Source of the DNA: an uncultured Gammaproteobacteria bacterium
GTDB lineage: Bacteria; Pseudomonadota; Gammaproteobacteria; GCA-002705445; GCA-002716945
Length of the DNA stretch: 64,000 bases
NCBI GenBank assembly: GCA_902628335.1
Contig: CACOMO010000003.1
Coordinates: forward strand, 20,792-84,791
Direction: 5' to 3'
Every line of letters starts with the position of its first letter. Position 1 is the first letter of the stretch. Below are positions 51,292 to 61,049 of the stretch, piece by piece. The translations under genes and the position numbers were made by a program. The notes below the pieces were generated by a model. It did not search any database and had not been told where the DNA came from. It saw only the letters and a program-made list of their open reading frames with translations.

Positions 51292-51732
51292 TTATTTTTG
51301 TAGTTTCGCTGCCTGAGCTTTCTTTGCCATCTCTGGTGTGTAAGCTCCGCCTGACCACAACATCTCATAGACTATCTCTTCATTTCCATTTTCACAAATG
51401 TCTATGACTCTTTGAAATAGAGGCTGGAACGTCTCGCTTTTATGTGATTCTTCATGATCTTCATACGATTTCCAAAAAGTGATTATTAGTGCTTCTCGAC
51501 CTTTTAGTTCCGAATCAAGCGCCTTACCAACATTGCTACCTTCATTAGAGATCTGACCACTGTTTAGAACTACCATGCCACCAATAAATCCTGTTTCAGA
51601 ATGATATGTTTTGACATTCTCGCACATTTCAGCGACACGCATTTGAAGATCATCTGTGGTATAACCATCTTTTAGTATGACTCTATTTACTGTCACAATC
51701 CCATCATACGGGAAGTTATTTATTAAACTCAT
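51292..51732 (-). CDS. Hypothetical protein, possibly ABM / dimeric alpha-beta-barrel-like
   Basis: 146-aa ORF. The segment ALIITFWKSYEDHEESHKSETFQPLF resembles ABM-domain monooxygenase-like proteins. The similarity is weak and judged by eye only. Confidence 0.4.
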   Translation of the reverse strand: MSLINNFPYDGIVTVNRVILKDGYTTDDLQMRVAEMCENVKTYHSETGFIGGMVVLNSGQISNEGSNVGKALDSELKGREALIITFWKSYEDHEESHKSETFQPLFQRVIDICENGNEEIVYEMLWSGGAYTPEMAKKAQAAKLQK

Positions 51733-51831
51733 ATAGTTATTAGAGCAAAATATGCATCTGAAATCAATATAAGTATTTGCTAATATTCAGCATAGTTGAC
51801 TTGGTCTAGATTCAGAGTACCATCCAATATC

Positions 51832-52872
51832 ATGAAATTTCGCTCTATAGACGATTATAATTTTGAATTACCCACAGATTTGATAGCAAATTTTCCCAAA
51901 GAAAAGCGCTCTGATTCTAGACTCTTGTGTTATAGCCATAAGAGAGATAGTTTATCTCATAAAACTTTCAGTGATATATGTAATTTAGTTGATTGTGGAG
52001 ATGTAATAATTCTCAATGATACTAGAGTAATTCCAGCGAGAATGAATTTAAAAAAAAGCAGCGGTGGAGCTGTCGAGATATTATTTATGAATTGCAAAAG
52101 TAATAAGGCATTTACAGTAATTTACAAATCATCACGACCACCAAAAATAGATGCAATATTGACCGATAATAATTTGAGATTTCAGGTTTTGGAGGTTAAA
52201 AAGAACACACTACTTTTATTAAACTTAAATAATTTAGATATTCTAGAAATTTTAGATAAATATGGTAACATCCCACTTCCGAAGTACATCAAGAGAGATA
52301 GTAATTTACAAGATAGAGAAAAGTATCAAACAGTGTTTGCAAGAAAAAAAGGATCTATAGCAGCACCGACAGCTGGTTTACATTTTACAAAAGATATGAT
52401 TCAGAGACTTGAAACCAAAGGCGTCAAAGTAGAATATATAACACTACATATCAGTTACAATACTTTCAAACCTATAACTTCTGATAATTATCTTAGTCAT
52501 GATATAGGATTTGAAAAATTTAGTGTCAATACTAAAACATTTAATATGATAGAAAAAGCAAAAAAAAATAAAAATAAAGTTATTGCTGTGGGCACTACAG
52601 TCACAAGAGCTTTGGAGCATTGTTATCAGAATAATATAAAAGAAACATACAGTGGAGAGACTAACTTATTTATTTATCCTGGTTTTGAATTCAAAGCAAT
52701 TAATTGCTTAATTACAAACTTTCACTTACCAAAATCATCATTGTTGCTCCTAGTCGCAGCTTTTATCGGTAGATCTCGTATACTATCACTCTATAGAATG
52801 GCAATAGACAAAAAATATAAATTCTATAGTTATGGTGATAGTATGTTTCTCAATAGGAATCATGAAATTTAA
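51832..52872 (+). CDS. queA: S-adenosylmethionine:tRNA ribosyltransferase-isomerase
   Basis: The start MKFRSIDDYNFELPTDLIANFP..KRSDSRLL aligns with the QueA N-terminus. Also AAPTAGLHFT, VGTTVTRALE, SYGDSMF. The track start at 51796 (TTG) is over-extended. Confidence 0.93.
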   Translation: MKFRSIDDYNFELPTDLIANFPKEKRSDSRLLCYSHKRDSLSHKTFSDICNLVDCGDVIILNDTRVIPARMNLKKSSGGAVEILFMNCKSNKAFTVIYKSSRPPKIDAILTDNNLRFQVLEVKKNTLLLLNLNNLDILEILDKYGNIPLPKYIKRDSNLQDREKYQTVFARKKGSIAAPTAGLHFTKDMIQRLETKGVKVEYITLHISYNTFKPITSDNYLSHDIGFEKFSVNTKTFNMIEKAKKNKNKVIAVGTTVTRALEHCYQNNIKETYSGETNLFIYPGFEFKAINCLITNFHLPKSSLLLLVAAFIGRSRILSLYRMAIDKKYKFYSYGDSMFLNRNHEI

Positions 52873-53962
52873 TATTAAGAAGAAATATAAAAAAGCAAGA
52901 TTAGGTCTTTTAACATTAGATCATGGAGAAGTTAATACTCCAGCATTTATGACTGTCGGAACTTACGGATCAGTAAGAGGGTTATCAGAAAATGATTTAG
53001 AGAATTGTAATGCTGAAATAATGTTATGTAATGCATATCACCTCATGAGTAAAATAAGTGAAATTTGTTCTATAAAATCTATAACTCTACATGATTACAT
53101 TGCATGGAACAGACCAATTTTGACTGATTCTGGTGGATACCAAGTCTTTAGTTTGTCTGAACATACGGAGGTTAGCCGCAAAGGAGTAACATTTAAATCT
53201 CCATTAAATGGTGATACTTTATTTCTATCACCTGAGAAATCTATCAAAATTCAGGAAATGCTTGGTAGCGATATCATGATGATTTTTGATGAATGTCCTA
53301 AATATCCGTTATCTAAAGAAGCAATAGAAAAATCAATGGAACTCTCATTATATTGGGCTGAACTTTCAAAAGGAGCTCATTCATCAAATCAGTCACTATT
53401 TGGAATCGTTCAAGGAGGTATGTATGAGGACTTGAGAGAGACATCATTGAGCGAACTCATTAAACTTGATTTTGATGGTTATGCTCTTGGTGGCCTGTCT
53501 GTTGGTGAGCCGAAAATGATTAGAGAGAGAATTGTGAGCAATATATCCTCAAAACTACCAGATGACAAACCCAGATATTTGATGGGTGTTGGAAAACCTA
53601 CAGATATTATCTACGCTGTGAATGAGGGTATCGATATGTTTGATTGTGTTATACCGACTAGAAATGGGAGAAATGGTCAATTATTTACTAACCATGGAAC
53701 TATGAACATACGAAATAGTAAATACGAGAATGACTTAAAGCCGATTGATGAGGCTTGCACGTGTTATACTTGCAAGAATTATAGTCGATCTTTTCTAAAA
53801 CACCTAGACAAATGTAATGATAGTCTTGCGGGGAGACTTATGAGCATTCATAATGTATACTTCTATCAAGATTTTATGAAAAAAATAAGAACCGCTATAT
53901 ATGATGGTACACTCGAGCAAATGATGGAAAAAGTTAATTTAATTTACTCAAATAGCCAATGA
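52862..53962 (+). CDS. tgt: Queuine tRNA-ribosyltransferase
   Basis: The start MKFNI...ARLG.L....G.V.TPAFM.VGT aligns with the Tgt N-terminus. Also TDSGGYQVFSL, LGGLSVGE, and the zinc site CTCYTC...H. Confidence 0.95.
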   Translation: MKFNIKKKYKKARLGLLTLDHGEVNTPAFMTVGTYGSVRGLSENDLENCNAEIMLCNAYHLMSKISEICSIKSITLHDYIAWNRPILTDSGGYQVFSLSEHTEVSRKGVTFKSPLNGDTLFLSPEKSIKIQEMLGSDIMMIFDECPKYPLSKEAIEKSMELSLYWAELSKGAHSSNQSLFGIVQGGMYEDLRETSLSELIKLDFDGYALGGLSVGEPKMIRERIVSNISSKLPDDKPRYLMGVGKPTDIIYAVNEGIDMFDCVIPTRNGRNGQLFTNHGTMNIRNSKYENDLKPIDEACTCYTCKNYSRSFLKHLDKCNDSLAGRLMSIHNVYFYQDFMKKIRTAIYDGTLEQMMEKVNLIYSNSQ

Positions 53963-54282
53963 ATATTATAGATATCGCAATAGCTGCATCAGCACAACAA
54001 GAGCCATCAGCTCTAGGCTTCTTATTACCTATATTCATTCTTGTACTGATGTATTTTATACTCATCAGACCTCAATCAAAAAAAATGAAAGAGCATAAGA
54101 AAATGTTGACTCAAATAAAAGTTGGAGATGAAATTGCTTCAGCTGGCGGAATATTAGGTACAATAGTAAAAGTAGGTGATACGTATGTTGAAGTTAAGAT
54201 ATCTTCAACTACAGAGATCAAGTTACAAAAATCATCTGTGAGTAAGATTCTTCCTAAAAATTCAATTGGGACGATAAAATAA
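53959..54282 (+). CDS. yajC: Preprotein translocase subunit YajC
   Basis: 107 aa with a single TM, FILIRPQSKKMKEHKKM and GDEI.S.GGILG motifs. tgt-yajC-secDF synteny. Confidence 0.9.
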   Translation: MNIIDIAIAASAQQEPSALGFLLPIFILVLMYFILIRPQSKKMKEHKKMLTQIKVGDEIASAGGILGTIVKVGDTYVEVKISSTTEIKLQKSSVSKILPKNSIGTIK

Positions 54283-54283
54283 A

Positions 54284-56077
54284 ATGTCTGCATACCCGAA
54301 ATGGAAATATTTTCTAGTTCTATCAGTTTTAATTCTATCAGTAGTCTATTCCTTACCTAACTTTTATACATCGTATCCGTCAATAGAACTACAAAAAAAT
54401 AATGATTCTACAAATATTAATGAAATAAATAAGATTGTTAATGAAGGCGTAAAATCTTTAAGCTCTGATGAAACAGCAAATAAAATGATATATCGTTTCT
54501 CAAGTATTGATGATCAACTTAAAGCTTATAATAATCTCGAGACAGCAAACTTAGCCGAAGAGTTTACACTTTTTACTGACAGAGAATTACCATCATTTTT
54601 CAAGACCATAAATGCGAATCCTATGTTTTTAGGGTTAGACTTGAAAGGTGGTGTTCATTTTTTATTACAGGTTGACGAGGATAACATTAGAAAAAACCTC
54701 CTGAGGGAGATTGAATCAGATATAAAAAAGTTACTGATCAAAGAAAGAATTAGGTTTTCACAATCTAATAGGAAAGACAAAAGCTTTAATTTTTCTTTTA
54801 ATAACAAAGATGCTTATAAAGAGGCATTAGAATTAATTGAAAAAAATAATCTAGGAAAAGATTATGATATTACTCCGGAGGAAAATAATTTTTTTATAAG
54901 CATAATGCCGTCACAAAAAGCCATCGATTATGATATTAAAAGTTCAGTGACAAAAAACATGACTATTCTTAGAAACAGAGTGAATGAAATCGGCGTTTCA
55001 CAACCAATAGTTCAAAGACAAGGAAAAAATCGTATTATCGTTCAACTACCAGGTTTGCAAGACTCCACTCGCGCGAAAAATATTCTTGGATCTACCGCAA
55101 CACTAGAGTTTAGATTAACCAAGGGAACTCCTGAGGATTGGTATGCATCTAAACTAGCAGGTTCGCCACTTATAGCATCTGCAAAGTTATATGAACAAAG
55201 CAATGGAGATCCAGTTCTCTTATCTAGAAAGGTTATAGTATCTGGTGGTGAGATAAGGAATGCAAATACAGGCTTTGACTCTACCACAAATTCTCCAGCT
55301 GTATTTGTTAGATTAACTGATTATGGCGCATCCAACATGCTTGATACTACGCAGAGTAATATCGGAAAAAGGATGGCCGTAGTTTTTGTTGAGAAAGATA
55401 ATGAAAAAGTAATAAATATTGCAGTAATTAGAGAAGCTTTTAGTCAGAATTTTCAAATAACTGGCTTAGATATCAATGAAGCAAAAGATTTGTCTATTCT
55501 TCTAAGATCTGGAGCACTTCAAGCGCCTATGGAGATCGTAGAGGAGAGAACAGTGGGACCTAGTTTAGGGAAGGATAATATCATTTCAGGTCAAAATTCT
55601 ATGTACCTAGGCATGTTTCTTGTCACCATCTTTATGTTTATCTATTATAGAACTTTCGGTGTGATAGCGATAGTTGCTCTGTTAGCAAATTTACTTATAA
55701 TCATTTCCTTGTTATCAGTTTTTCAAGCTACACTTACGCTATCAGGAATCGCAGGTATAGTTCTAACTGTTGGGATGGCGGTCGATGCAAATGTTTTAAT
55801 ATTTGAAAGAATAAGGGAGGAAATAGCAAATGGCAACACTCCAAACGCAAGCATATATTCAGGGTATAAAAAGGCATTTTCAACTATCTCAGATGCAAAC
55901 ATCACAACGTTGATCGCAGCAATCTGCTTACTCACTATAGGAACAGGCGCCGTTAAAGGTTTTGCGGTTACACTGGTTATCGGAATTCTTTCCTCAATGT
56001 TTACATCAATAGTTGGCACAAGAGCTGTCGTAAGTCTGATCTACGAAAATAGAAAATCAGAGAGACTTTCAATATGA
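54284..56077 (+). CDS. secD: Protein translocase subunit SecD
   Basis: LGLDLKGGVHFLLQVD, a large periplasmic domain, VGPSLG, and a C-terminal six-TM block with GIAGIVLTVGMAVDANVLIFERIREE. Confidence 0.94.
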   Translation: MSAYPKWKYFLVLSVLILSVVYSLPNFYTSYPSIELQKNNDSTNINEINKIVNEGVKSLSSDETANKMIYRFSSIDDQLKAYNNLETANLAEEFTLFTDRELPSFFKTINANPMFLGLDLKGGVHFLLQVDEDNIRKNLLREIESDIKKLLIKERIRFSQSNRKDKSFNFSFNNKDAYKEALELIEKNNLGKDYDITPEENNFFISIMPSQKAIDYDIKSSVTKNMTILRNRVNEIGVSQPIVQRQGKNRIIVQLPGLQDSTRAKNILGSTATLEFRLTKGTPEDWYASKLAGSPLIASAKLYEQSNGDPVLLSRKVIVSGGEIRNANTGFDSTTNSPAVFVRLTDYGASNMLDTTQSNIGKRMAVVFVEKDNEKVINIAVIREAFSQNFQITGLDINEAKDLSILLRSGALQAPMEIVEERTVGPSLGKDNIISGQNSMYLGMFLVTIFMFIYYRTFGVIAIVALLANLLIIISLLSVFQATLTLSGIAGIVLTVGMAVDANVLIFERIREEIANGNTPNASIYSGYKKAFSTISDANITTLIAAICLLTIGTGAVKGFAVTLVIGILSSMFTSIVGTRAVVSLIYENRKSERLSI

Positions 56078-56970
56078 GTTTAAAGATTATAGATAATACT
56101 AAATTTAACTTCCTAAAACAAAAAAGAAAAGCTTTAATAATTTCTAGCTTCGTCATAATTATAAGTTTTTTTAGTCTTATGATTCAAGGTCTTAATTATG
56201 GGATTGATTTTTCTAGTGGCTATATTATCCAGTTGGAATTCGATAAAGATGTGAAAGTTGAGAATATTAAAAAAAACTTTTCAAATAATATGGCTGAGAA
56301 TTCAATAGTCCAGTATTATGGGAGTCAAAAAGAAGTAATAATAAAACTTCAGGAATCAGATTCATATGATCAAAATAATATCAATGACTTTCTATCAAAG
56401 GTACTAGATAATTATAATTACAAAATTCAGAAACTTGATTTTGTGGGTTCACAAATAGGAAGTGAATTAAGAACAAAAGGCGAGTGGGCAATGCTTGTCG
56501 CACTGATAAGTATTCTTGTTTATATTGGTTTTAGATTTGAATTTCTATATGGGATTGGTGCGATTCTTGCATTAATTCATGATGTTTTAATTACTGTGGG
56601 GATTTTTTCTATTTTACAATTACAGTTTGATCTTACTGTTTTATCTGCATTACTTGCTGTTATTGGATATTCATTAAATGATACTATTGTTGTATATGAT
56701 CGTATAAGAGAAAATGCTACTATTATGCACTCAGATCAACCAGAGAAAATTCTCAATAGATCAATCAATCAAACATTATCCAGAACATTAATCACTTCTC
56801 TAACAACATTATTTGTTTTATTTTCTCTTTTGATATTTGGTGGAATAGCAGTAGAATACTTTTCAATAGCAATGATTATAGGTGTTTTAGTGGGAACTTT
56901 TTCTTCTATTTATATAGCGGGGGCTAGTTTATTTTTCCTCAGAGTGCTTGAGAAGAGTGATGAACATTAA
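56074..56970 (+). CDS. secF: Protein translocase subunit SecF
   Basis: GIDFSSG, HDVLITVGIFS, IGYSLNDTIVVYDRIREN motifs. Overlaps the secD stop. Confidence 0.94.
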   Translation: MSLKIIDNTKFNFLKQKRKALIISSFVIIISFFSLMIQGLNYGIDFSSGYIIQLEFDKDVKVENIKKNFSNNMAENSIVQYYGSQKEVIIKLQESDSYDQNNINDFLSKVLDNYNYKIQKLDFVGSQIGSELRTKGEWAMLVALISILVYIGFRFEFLYGIGAILALIHDVLITVGIFSILQLQFDLTVLSALLAVIGYSLNDTIVVYDRIRENATIMHSDQPEKILNRSINQTLSRTLITSLTTLFVLFSLLIFGGIAVEYFSIAMIIGVLVGTFSSIYIAGASLFFLRVLEKSDEH

Positions 56971-57722
56971 ACTAATCTTATTAACTGCTGAATATCGTTG
57001 AATATTTTAGGTTTTGAGGCCAGAAACTCATGACTTCTATTATCACAGGCTATTTTTAGATCAACAATTAAGCTTGCCTCTTTGCAAATTAAGTATAAAG
57101 CTTGATATCTTATAAAATCAAAATTTTTAATGAGGATAAAATCAACCTCACCATTTATTAATTTTAAAATATCTTTAACAATCGATTCGGAATTACGCCT
57201 CTCGTAATGATTTATTTTAGTGATATTTTCGGAAACAAGTTCATTATCACAAATAAATTTAGTTGTATCGGATTTTGCGGTTGACGCTCTCAATTTCTCT
57301 TTTTCAATCATCGCACCCTCACCTCTAATGGCAGAAATATAGATATCATCTTTGATACTGTAGACAACCGATATTTCTGTAGTATTTTTTTTAGTAATTG
57401 AGACCATTGTGTAACAAGAAGCATCTTCGTTAAGATAATTATCTAATGACTCAATTGGGTTTATGTTCCAAAGGTTCAATTGTTTATCATTATATTCAAG
57501 AGAGCAGGAATTTATTCGTTTCCAATCTTCATACGATTTAATTACATCACCCTCGTTCCTAACAAACGACTGATTAATTATATTCAAGATATTACTATAA
57601 ACTTTATTGATCAGATCATTTCTATTATTATCCGTAACTGGATTTTTATGATCGATAATTCGTGATAAAGTAAGAGGTACAGGTTTACATGAATTCCTAG
57701 CAATAGTTAGTCGTGGTTCCAT
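56967..57722 (-). CDS. SuhB (inositol monophosphatase family) homologue with a degenerate active-site signature
   Basis: Divergent from trmJ, as suhB is in E. coli. Collinear matches: MEPRLTIA.., TEISVVYSIKDDIYISAIRGEGAMIEKEKLRASTAK versus the SuhB core. The DPLDGT motif reads NPIESL and WDxAAG reads FDFIRY. Confidence 0.65.
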   Translation of the reverse strand: MEPRLTIARNSCKPVPLTLSRIIDHKNPVTDNNRNDLINKVYSNILNIINQSFVRNEGDVIKSYEDWKRINSCSLEYNDKQLNLWNINPIESLDNYLNEDASCYTMVSITKKNTTEISVVYSIKDDIYISAIRGEGAMIEKEKLRASTAKSDTTKFICDNELVSENITKINHYERRNSESIVKDILKLINGEVDFILIKNFDFIRYQALYLICKEASLIVDLKIACDNRSHEFLASKPKIFNDIQQLIRLV

Positions 57723-57760
57723 ATTTTGCCCAGATTAAATTTTTAAGATAATGATACAAT

Positions 57761-58483
57761 ATGTTTGATAATATTAACATTGTTTTAGTCAATACATCTC
57801 ATCCAGGAAACATTGGATCATCGGCGCGTGCCATGGGTGTGATGGGTTTCAATAAACTTAGTCTAGTTCATCCAAAGGATTTCCCTTCAGAGATTGCAAC
57901 AGCTATGGCAGTTGGGTGTGATAAAATATTAGATAGTGCTAGAGTATATTTAAATCTATCAGATGCATTAAGTGAGAGCGCACTAAATATTGGTTTTTCT
58001 GCTCGTTCGCGAAAAGAATCTATTCCTATTCTCTCAGTTGATAAATGCATTGATAAAATAGTTGCAAACAATAAAATCACTTACAATATTGTCTTTGGAA
58101 ACGAGAAGAATGGGTTATCAAATCAAGAGCTTTTGATGTGTGATTATATTGTTAATCTTCCAACAGCACCATTTTACTCATCACTAAATTTATCTGCAGC
58201 TGTTCAAATATTTACATACGAATTATTAAAAAGATCACTAGATAATTCAGGCTCTGATGTTAAATCACAAGAGAATTTAATTCTTGCAAAGACTAAAGAT
58301 AAAGAATTATTTTATAAAAAACTTATTGATTTACTCAAAGAGACAGACTTCATAACAGAGAAAAATACCAAATCCCTTACAAAAAAAATACATATTATGT
58401 TTAATAAGGCTATGTTAGAGCAACATGAAATAAGTATTCTCAGAGGAATGCTCGCTTCAATTGAGAGAAAAATTAATACTTGA
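57761..58483 (+). CDS. trmJ: tRNA (cytidine/uridine-2'-O)-methyltransferase TrmJ
   Basis: SpoU/TrmH fold motifs IVLVNTSHPGNIGSSARAM, VFGNEKNGLSNQE, LNLSAAVQI. Position upstream of iscR. Confidence 0.85.
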   Translation: MFDNINIVLVNTSHPGNIGSSARAMGVMGFNKLSLVHPKDFPSEIATAMAVGCDKILDSARVYLNLSDALSESALNIGFSARSRKESIPILSVDKCIDKIVANNKITYNIVFGNEKNGLSNQELLMCDYIVNLPTAPFYSSLNLSAAVQIFTYELLKRSLDNSGSDVKSQENLILAKTKDKELFYKKLIDLLKETDFITEKNTKSLTKKIHIMFNKAMLEQHEISILRGMLASIERKINT

Positions 58484-58514
58484 TAAAAATACTAGGTTAT
58501 AGGATAATTATCGC

Positions 58515-58982
58515 ATGAAACTTACAACAAAAGGTAGATATGCGATAATAGCTATGGCTGATTTAGTCCTTCATAGTAGAACTGTACCAGTTTCTCTAAA
58601 GGAGATAACTAAACGACAAAGTATTTCGTTGTCTTATTTGGAGCAACTATTTTCAAAATTAAAAGATTCAGATTTGGTTCAGAGTATCAGAGGTCCTGGA
58701 GGAGGTTATCAACTTGGAAGGGATTCGTCTGAAATTAGTTTATTGGATATCATAACTGCTGTTGATGAGAAGATTGATCAAACTCAATGTGGTGGCGCCA
58801 TGAATTGTAATAAAGATCATCCATGTTTAACTCATTACATATGGACTGAACTTAATGAGAAAATTAATCAATACATGCGAGACATTACTTTGAGTGATAT
58901 TGCAACCAGGGAAGATGTTAAAAGTATCATGATTTTTAGGGAGAGTGAAAATGTCAACAATTATCAAAGACAAAAAAAATAG
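58515..58982 (+). CDS. iscR: Fe-S cluster assembly transcriptional regulator IscR
   Basis: Rrf2 N-terminus [35 protein letters not shown], and cluster ligands C..(5)..C..(5)..C..H in [17 protein letters not shown]. Confidence 0.92.
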   Translation: MKLTTKGRYAIIAMADLVLHSRTVPVSLKEITKRQSISLSYLEQLFSKLKDSDLVQSIRGPGGGYQLGRDSSEISLLDIITAVDEKIDQTQCGGAMNCNKDHPCLTHYIWTELNEKINQYMRDITLSDIATREDVKSIMIFRESENVNNYQRQKK

Positions 58983-60198
58983 TCTTAGTGTACCTATCTA
59001 TTTAGATTATTCCTCAACTACGCCAGTAGATGAGCGTGTAGCAGATAAAATGGCTGAATGTCTAACAAAAGAGGGTTACTTTGGAAATCCAGCTTCAAGA
59101 TCACATTCTTTTGGATGGGATAGTGAAAAACTAATCGATGAAGCACGACAAAATGTTGCAAATTTAATTAATGCAAACAAGAAAGAAATAATCTGGACAA
59201 GTGGAGCTACAGAATCGGATAACTTAGCGATCAAGGGTGCGGCACATTTTTATAAAGAAAAGGGTAATCACCTAATAACGTTATCGACCGAACATAAGGC
59301 AGTTCTTGATACGATGAGACATCTTGAGTCAGAAGGGTTCGAAGTAACTTATTTAGATCCAAAAGAAAACGGTTTAGTTGATCTAATGGAATTGGAAAAC
59401 GCAATGACCGATAAAACAGTTCTGGTTTCTATCATGCACGTCAATAACGAAATTGGCGTAATACAAGATTTAGAGTCAATTGGAACACTTTGTAGAGATA
59501 GAGGAATTGTATTTCATGTAGATGCAGCACAAAGCCCTGGCAAAGTAGAAGTTGACGTAGAAAAGTATAAAATAGATTTACTATCTCTATCTGCTCACAA
59601 GGCATATGGGCCAAAAGGGATTGGTGCTCTTTATGTTAGAAGGAAACCTAGAATTAGGTTGCAGGCTCAAATGCATGGTGGTGGTCATGAGCGTGGGTTT
59701 AGATCAGGAACATTACCTACTCATCAGATCGTCGGTATGGGCGAGGCTTTTCGTTTAGCACAATCTGAAATGGATTCTGATAATGAAAGAATAAAAAAAT
59801 TAAGGGACAAGCTGTGGAACGGATTAAAAGACATGGAAGAAGTTTATTTAAATGGTGACCTTAACCAGAGAATACCTGGTAATCTAAATATAAGCTTCAA
59901 TTTCATAGAGGGTGAAAGTCTTATTATGGCTGTAAAAGATATGGCAGTATCATCCGGGTCTGCATGTACCTCAGCAAGTCTTGAACCAAGTTATGTTTTA
60001 AGAGCATTAGGACGTGATGATGAGCTAGCACATAGCTCAATTCGTCTAACTATCGGTAAGTACACAACAGAAGAAGAGATTGATTATGCGATTGAGCTAA
60101 TTACAACATCTGTAAAGAAGCTCAGAGAGTTGTCACCTCTATGGGAAATGCATAAAGACGGAATTGATCTCAAGAGTGTTAAATGGTCATCACATTAA
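58951..60198 (+). CDS. iscS: Cysteine desulfurase IscS
   Basis: [13 protein letters not shown], the PLP Lys in [14 protein letters not shown], the catalytic loop SSGSACTS, and a C-terminal LSPLWEM. The ATG at 58951 follows GGGAGAG, whereas the track's GTG at 58945 is less likely. Confidence 0.96.
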   Translation: MSTIIKDKKNSLSVPIYLDYSSTTPVDERVADKMAECLTKEGYFGNPASRSHSFGWDSEKLIDEARQNVANLINANKKEIIWTSGATESDNLAIKGAAHFYKEKGNHLITLSTEHKAVLDTMRHLESEGFEVTYLDPKENGLVDLMELENAMTDKTVLVSIMHVNNEIGVIQDLESIGTLCRDRGIVFHVDAAQSPGKVEVDVEKYKIDLLSLSAHKAYGPKGIGALYVRRKPRIRLQAQMHGGGHERGFRSGTLPTHQIVGMGEAFRLAQSEMDSDNERIKKLRDKLWNGLKDMEEVYLNGDLNQRIPGNLNISFNFIEGESLIMAVKDMAVSSGSACTSASLEPSYVLRALGRDDELAHSSIRLTIGKYTTEEEIDYAIELITTSVKKLRELSPLWEMHKDGIDLKSVKWSSH

Positions 60199-60210
60199 GG
60201 TAGGTCAAAT

Positions 60211-60534
60211 ATGACAATTACAATAACAGATATAGCTGCAAAACACGTAAGTTCTCATCTAGAAAAGAGAGGATCTGGCATAGGGTTGAGGTTGGGTGTT
60301 AAGACAACTGGTTGCTCTGGATTAGGTTATGTTATTGAATTTGCCGATAAAATAGAGTCTGATGATAAAGTTTTCGAACAAAAAGGAATCAAGTTAATAG
60401 TTAGTCCAAAGAGCTATGTTTATTTAAAAGGAACTGAACTTGATTTTGGGAAAGAAGGTTTAAATGAAGGGTTTAAATTTAATAATCCAAATGTGAAAGA
60501 TAAATGTGGATGTGGTGAGAGCTTTAATGTTTAA
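60211..60534 (+). CDS. iscA: Iron-sulfur cluster insertion protein IscA
   Basis: 107 aa. [16 protein letters not shown] and C-terminal [16 protein letters not shown] (three Cys ligands). Begins only 12 nt after iscS. Confidence 0.93.
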   Translation: MTITITDIAAKHVSSHLEKRGSGIGLRLGVKTTGCSGLGYVIEFADKIESDDKVFEQKGIKLIVSPKSYVYLKGTELDFGKEGLNEGFKFNNPNVKDKCGCGESFNV

Positions 60535-61049
60535 TGGATATATTAAAGAAGAATTATTTTGAGCTATTTGGATTAAAGGTCTCTACTCAATTAGACCTTA
60601 AAGATCTAGATGAAAAATTTACACTCTTGCAGAAGCAATTTCATCCTGACAAATATAGCAATTCCTCTGACACTGAAAAAAGAATAGCATTACAAATCTC
60701 ATCGTATCTAAATGATGGTTACATAACTTTACGTGAGTTTGTTACTAGAGTTGAATATATACTTAAAATTAAAGACTTCAATACTGATGAGAGTAAAACA
60801 TTATTTGATGAAGAATTTCTAGAGGAGCAAATTGACTTGAATGAGAGTATTGAACAATTGAAAATCAACAAAGGAGGAAATGATAAAGTGAACGTATTAA
60901 CTCTAGACTTAACCAAGAAAATGGAGTTACTGGTTGTATCCATAAATGATTATTTGTCACGGACAGAATACGACATGGTATGGAAAAATCTGGCTAAATA
61001 TAAATTTTATCGTAACCATCTAATAGAACTGGAGCCAATGATAAAATAA
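60534..61049 (+). CDS. hscB: Co-chaperone HscB
   Basis: J-domain NYFELFGL ... LQKQFHPDKY and a C-terminal helical bundle. 171 aa. Confidence 0.9.
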   Translation: MDILKKNYFELFGLKVSTQLDLKDLDEKFTLLQKQFHPDKYSNSSDTEKRIALQISSYLNDGYITLREFVTRVEYILKIKDFNTDESKTLFDEEFLEEQIDLNESIEQLKINKGGNDKVNVLTLDLTKKMELLVVSINDYLSRTEYDMVWKNLAKYKFYRNHLIELEPMIK

